A program made the translations under genes and the position numbers. A stretch of DNA of 63,486 nt, the filler included, from Octopus bimaculoides (lineage: Eukaryota): assembly GCF_001194135.2 (NCBI RefSeq). It is 7 parts of 7 records of this genome, joined end to end, with 100 filler letters (N's around TTAATTAATTAA, not from the genome) between each part and the next. Parts side by side here need not be neighbours in the genome. Positions count along the whole stretch, not along the records: positions 59,745 to 62,251 come from NC_068982.1; positions 62,352 to 63,486 come from NW_026325616.1; 5 more parts are not named here. One strand, written 5' to 3'. How positions within the stretch are numbered: position 1 is the stretch's first letter; every line of letters begins with the position of its first letter. A model generated the notes under the pieces. That model was not told the origin of the DNA and searched no databases. It was given only the letters and a program-made list of their open reading frames with translations. Shown in pieces: positions 60,584 to 63,486 of this stretch.

Positions 60584-61179
60584 AACTCACCCCACGTTAG
60601 CGACGTCACTGATATAAAATTACTGCTAACACTGTCCAAAGTCCATCGCAAATGGATTATTTATACTGCTGCGAATGAGACAAGTAATACCACAAATTTT
60701 CTCAGAGTATCCTCCGTTCTATCGCAAACTCACTTCACTCAACAGCTCTTATTCATAAGTATGGAACCCCGTAAGTATATATTACTGACTTTTCTCTGTT
60801 CTTCATTATATATTCACTCCCTACTTTTATGATTCTATAACTTTTTTTTTATCAAATGTACACAACCACAACTCGACACATACGATACCTCCAGAGTACC
60901 GGATTTTAGTCCTGTCTGTTCATGAAATATATTTAAAGAATAATATAAACAAGCTTGTAATTAAATTTACCTATCGAATACCTATTGCTAGAGATTATGT
61001 ACAACTTTTTATTATATAGTTAAATTAAATGCCCTTTGTCAAGTCTTGCCAAACCGTCTTTTTTTAAATTTCTGCTTTAATCTCTACCCTGCTTTAATCT
61101 ATAGATAAGGCCAGAAAGATATGACACAGAGGAAAAGAGCAAGTAGGCATTAAATAGGTCAGAGTGTGACGAACGTATT

Positions 61180-61340
61180 TGGCAAATGTACAATTAATAA
61201 TGATAATAAAGCTAGGGTGGTGATCAAATAAATTGTGTATATATTTATTGGCAAAAGACCCGTCCCCATATATAGCAGTACCCGTTTCGACACACGATTT
61301 CACATCACGAATCTTGCTAAACAGATAGATGAACGTAATG
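61180..61340 (-). mobile_element. Possible mariner N-terminal remnant
   Basis: IYLFSK...AIYGDG...HNLF loosely fits the EA...I...YG...WF HTH pattern. Confidence 0.25.
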
Positions 61341-61651
61341 TGAGCCTCAGCAAGCAAGGCTAGCTAGACGCTGAAGGACATTGCATTTTGTTGTTTAAGA
61401 AAAACTAAAACAACACGATAACTTCCCTTTATAAAGCCAATATACATCAACAAAATTACCGACATTGCGGAAAGGCTGAAACTCACCAGATAGTTGGCTG
61501 AAAGACTGAACCGAACGTTGATGGTAAGCATAAAAGGGAAAATCTATATAGAGTTAAGCACACAAGAAAAACACAAGTGCATATTAATACGAGAAATAGA
61601 ATGCATTACTCCACTAACAGAATGCATTTACATAAGACGTAAATACGACTG

Positions 61652-61893
61652 GTGAGGCACAATGGCCCAGTGGTTAGGGCAGCGAACTCGCGGTCATAGG
61701 ATTGCGGTTTCGATTCCCAGACCGGGCGTTGTGAGTGTTTATTGAGCGAATACACCTAAAGCTCCTCGAGGCTCCGGCAGGGGATGGTGTTGAACCCTGC
61801 TGTACTCTTCCACCACAACTTTCTCTTACTTCCTGTTTCTGTTACTCCTATGAGTCAAAGGGTCAACCTTGTCACGCTGAATATCTCCGAGAA
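61652..61893 (+). mobile_element. SINE family A, 3'-truncated
   Basis: Matches 20327-20587 and then stops. Confidence 0.9.
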
Positions 61894-62171
61894 ACGACCT
61901 CAGGACTTATTCTGTGTAAGCCTAGTACTTATCCTTTTTTGCCGAACCGCTAAGTTACGGGTACGTAAACGCAACAACATCTGTTACCAAGCGATGTTAG
62001 GGGTGACAAACACAGATACACAAACACACACACACACACACACACACATACACACACACACACACACACACATACAAACACACAAAAACACATATATATA
62101 TATATATATGTGTGTGTTTGGTATAGTATGTGGTTGGTAAGCAACCGACTTACCACACAGCCACTCCTGCG

Positions 62172-62174
<3 letters not shown>
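61888..62174 (-). mobile_element. SINE family B, internally deleted and 3'-truncated
   Basis: Reverse complement of the head (CCACTCCTGCGCCT) and of the 3' half (GCCGAACCGCTAAGTTAC). Confidence 0.85.
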
Positions 62175-62251
<77 letters not shown>

Positions 62252-62351
62252 NNNNNNNNNNNNNNNNNNNNNNNNNNNNNNNNNNNNNNNNNNNNTTAAT
62301 TAATTAANNNNNNNNNNNNNNNNNNNNNNNNNNNNNNNNNNNNNNNNNNNN

Positions 62352-63435
62352 GGTATGTATGTACTTACGTCCGTAGGTATGTATGTACGTACGTACTTTG
62401 GAATATGTGTACGTACGTACGTACGTTGGCATGTATGTACGCACGTACGTACGTTGGTATGTATGCACGTGCGTACGTTGGTATGTAGGTACGTACCTAG
62501 TTACAAACCTACCTACTTTGATATGTACGTAGGTATCTATGTACGTACATAGATAGTTATGTACGTACATAGATAGTTATGTACGTACGTAGGTACGTAC
62601 GTACGTACTTACGTATGTAAGTCGATATCTATGTACGTACGTTCGTATGTATGTACCTACNNNNNNNNNNCCTACGTAAATAGGAAGGTATGTTCGCTCG
62701 TACGTACGTACGTATGTACGTACTTACATATGTACTTATGTATGTCTGTACGTACGTACGTAGGTATATTCGTGCGTATGTACGTACGTAGGTACGTACA
62801 TACGTATGTATGTACGTGCGTATGTACGTAAATATGTACATACGTACGTACGTACGTATGTACGTATGTACGTATGTACCTAAGTACTTATGTACGAACT
62901 ACGTACGTACGTTGATATATATGTACATGCGTACGCAGGTATGTATGTACGTCCGTAAGTAGGTATGTATGTACGTACGTACGTTTTTATGTTTGTACGT
63001 ACTTACGTAGAAATGTATGTATGTACTACCTACGTACGTACGTATGTATATACATATGTACATACGTACGTTCGTAGGTATGTACGTACGTACGTACGTA
63101 CGTACGTAGGTTTGTATGAACGTAAGTACGTTCGTATGTAGTTATGTATGTACGTACGTACGTTGGTACGTACGTACGTACGTATGTATGTATGTAAGTA
63201 CGTACGTATGTATATACGTACGTTCGTAGGTACGTTGGTATGTACGCACGTACCTACGTAGGTATGTACGTACGTGGGTATGTACGTACGTAAGTAGGTA
63301 TGTACGTACGTATGTACGTAACTAGGTATGTACGTACGTAGGTATGTACATTCGTAAGTACGTATGTATGTACGTACGTACCTACATAGGTATGTATGCT
63401 CGTACGTACGTACATGCGTACTTATGTATGTAGGA
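62352..63435. repeat. Degenerate (TACG/TATG/TAGG)n tetranucleotide satellite, about 1.1 kb
   Basis: Runs such as GTACGTACGTACGTAC interspersed with GTAT and GTAG variants. Confidence 0.95.
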
Positions 63436-63486
63436 AAATATTTTGACAAATTGAATTTAAATGTTGAAGTGAATCTAACGCCTTTT

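Noticed and set aside
60584-60770. Minus-strand GTGAGT donor with upstream unique sequence as a 5' UTR exon
   Set aside because: No open frame with a start and no promoter evidence.
1703-63449. Long ORFs composed of X, poly-I/L/Y, YIYI, HTHT, CVCV, MYVC or VRTY
   Set aside because: Translations of N-gaps and microsatellites, not genes.

Overview
Repeat-saturated, AT-rich animal genomic DNA with about 25 N-gaps. The SINE/LINE complement and microsatellite density suggest a coleoid cephalopod (Octopus-like); this is an inference, not a database match. No intact multi-exon gene is demonstrable. Nearly all listed ORFs are microsatellite or gap artefacts, and the recognisable coding pieces are decayed transposon proteins: two Penelope-like (PLE) GIY-YIG regions, several R4/Dong-like RLE LINE pieces, RTE APE/RT, a FLYWCH-MULE and a Tc1/mariner DDE. 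Main result: at least seven well-formed type I hammerhead-ribozyme motifs plus one degenerate one, from about six unrelated sequence families. Two of them form a tandem repeat with a 354-nt monomer (19911-21050) carrying a Schistosoma Sm-alpha-type loop II, an A9U core variant and a 5' fold-back inversion, i.e. a candidate retrozyme-like element. Also resolved: a Merlin-like MITE carrying telomeric repeats nested in a LINE, two hAT MITEs sharing a triplicated target site, a MULE nested in a SINE, a candidate first coding exon and micro-exon on the minus strand, a self-complementary (TACG)n satellite, and six artificial TTAATTAATTAA scaffold spacers.
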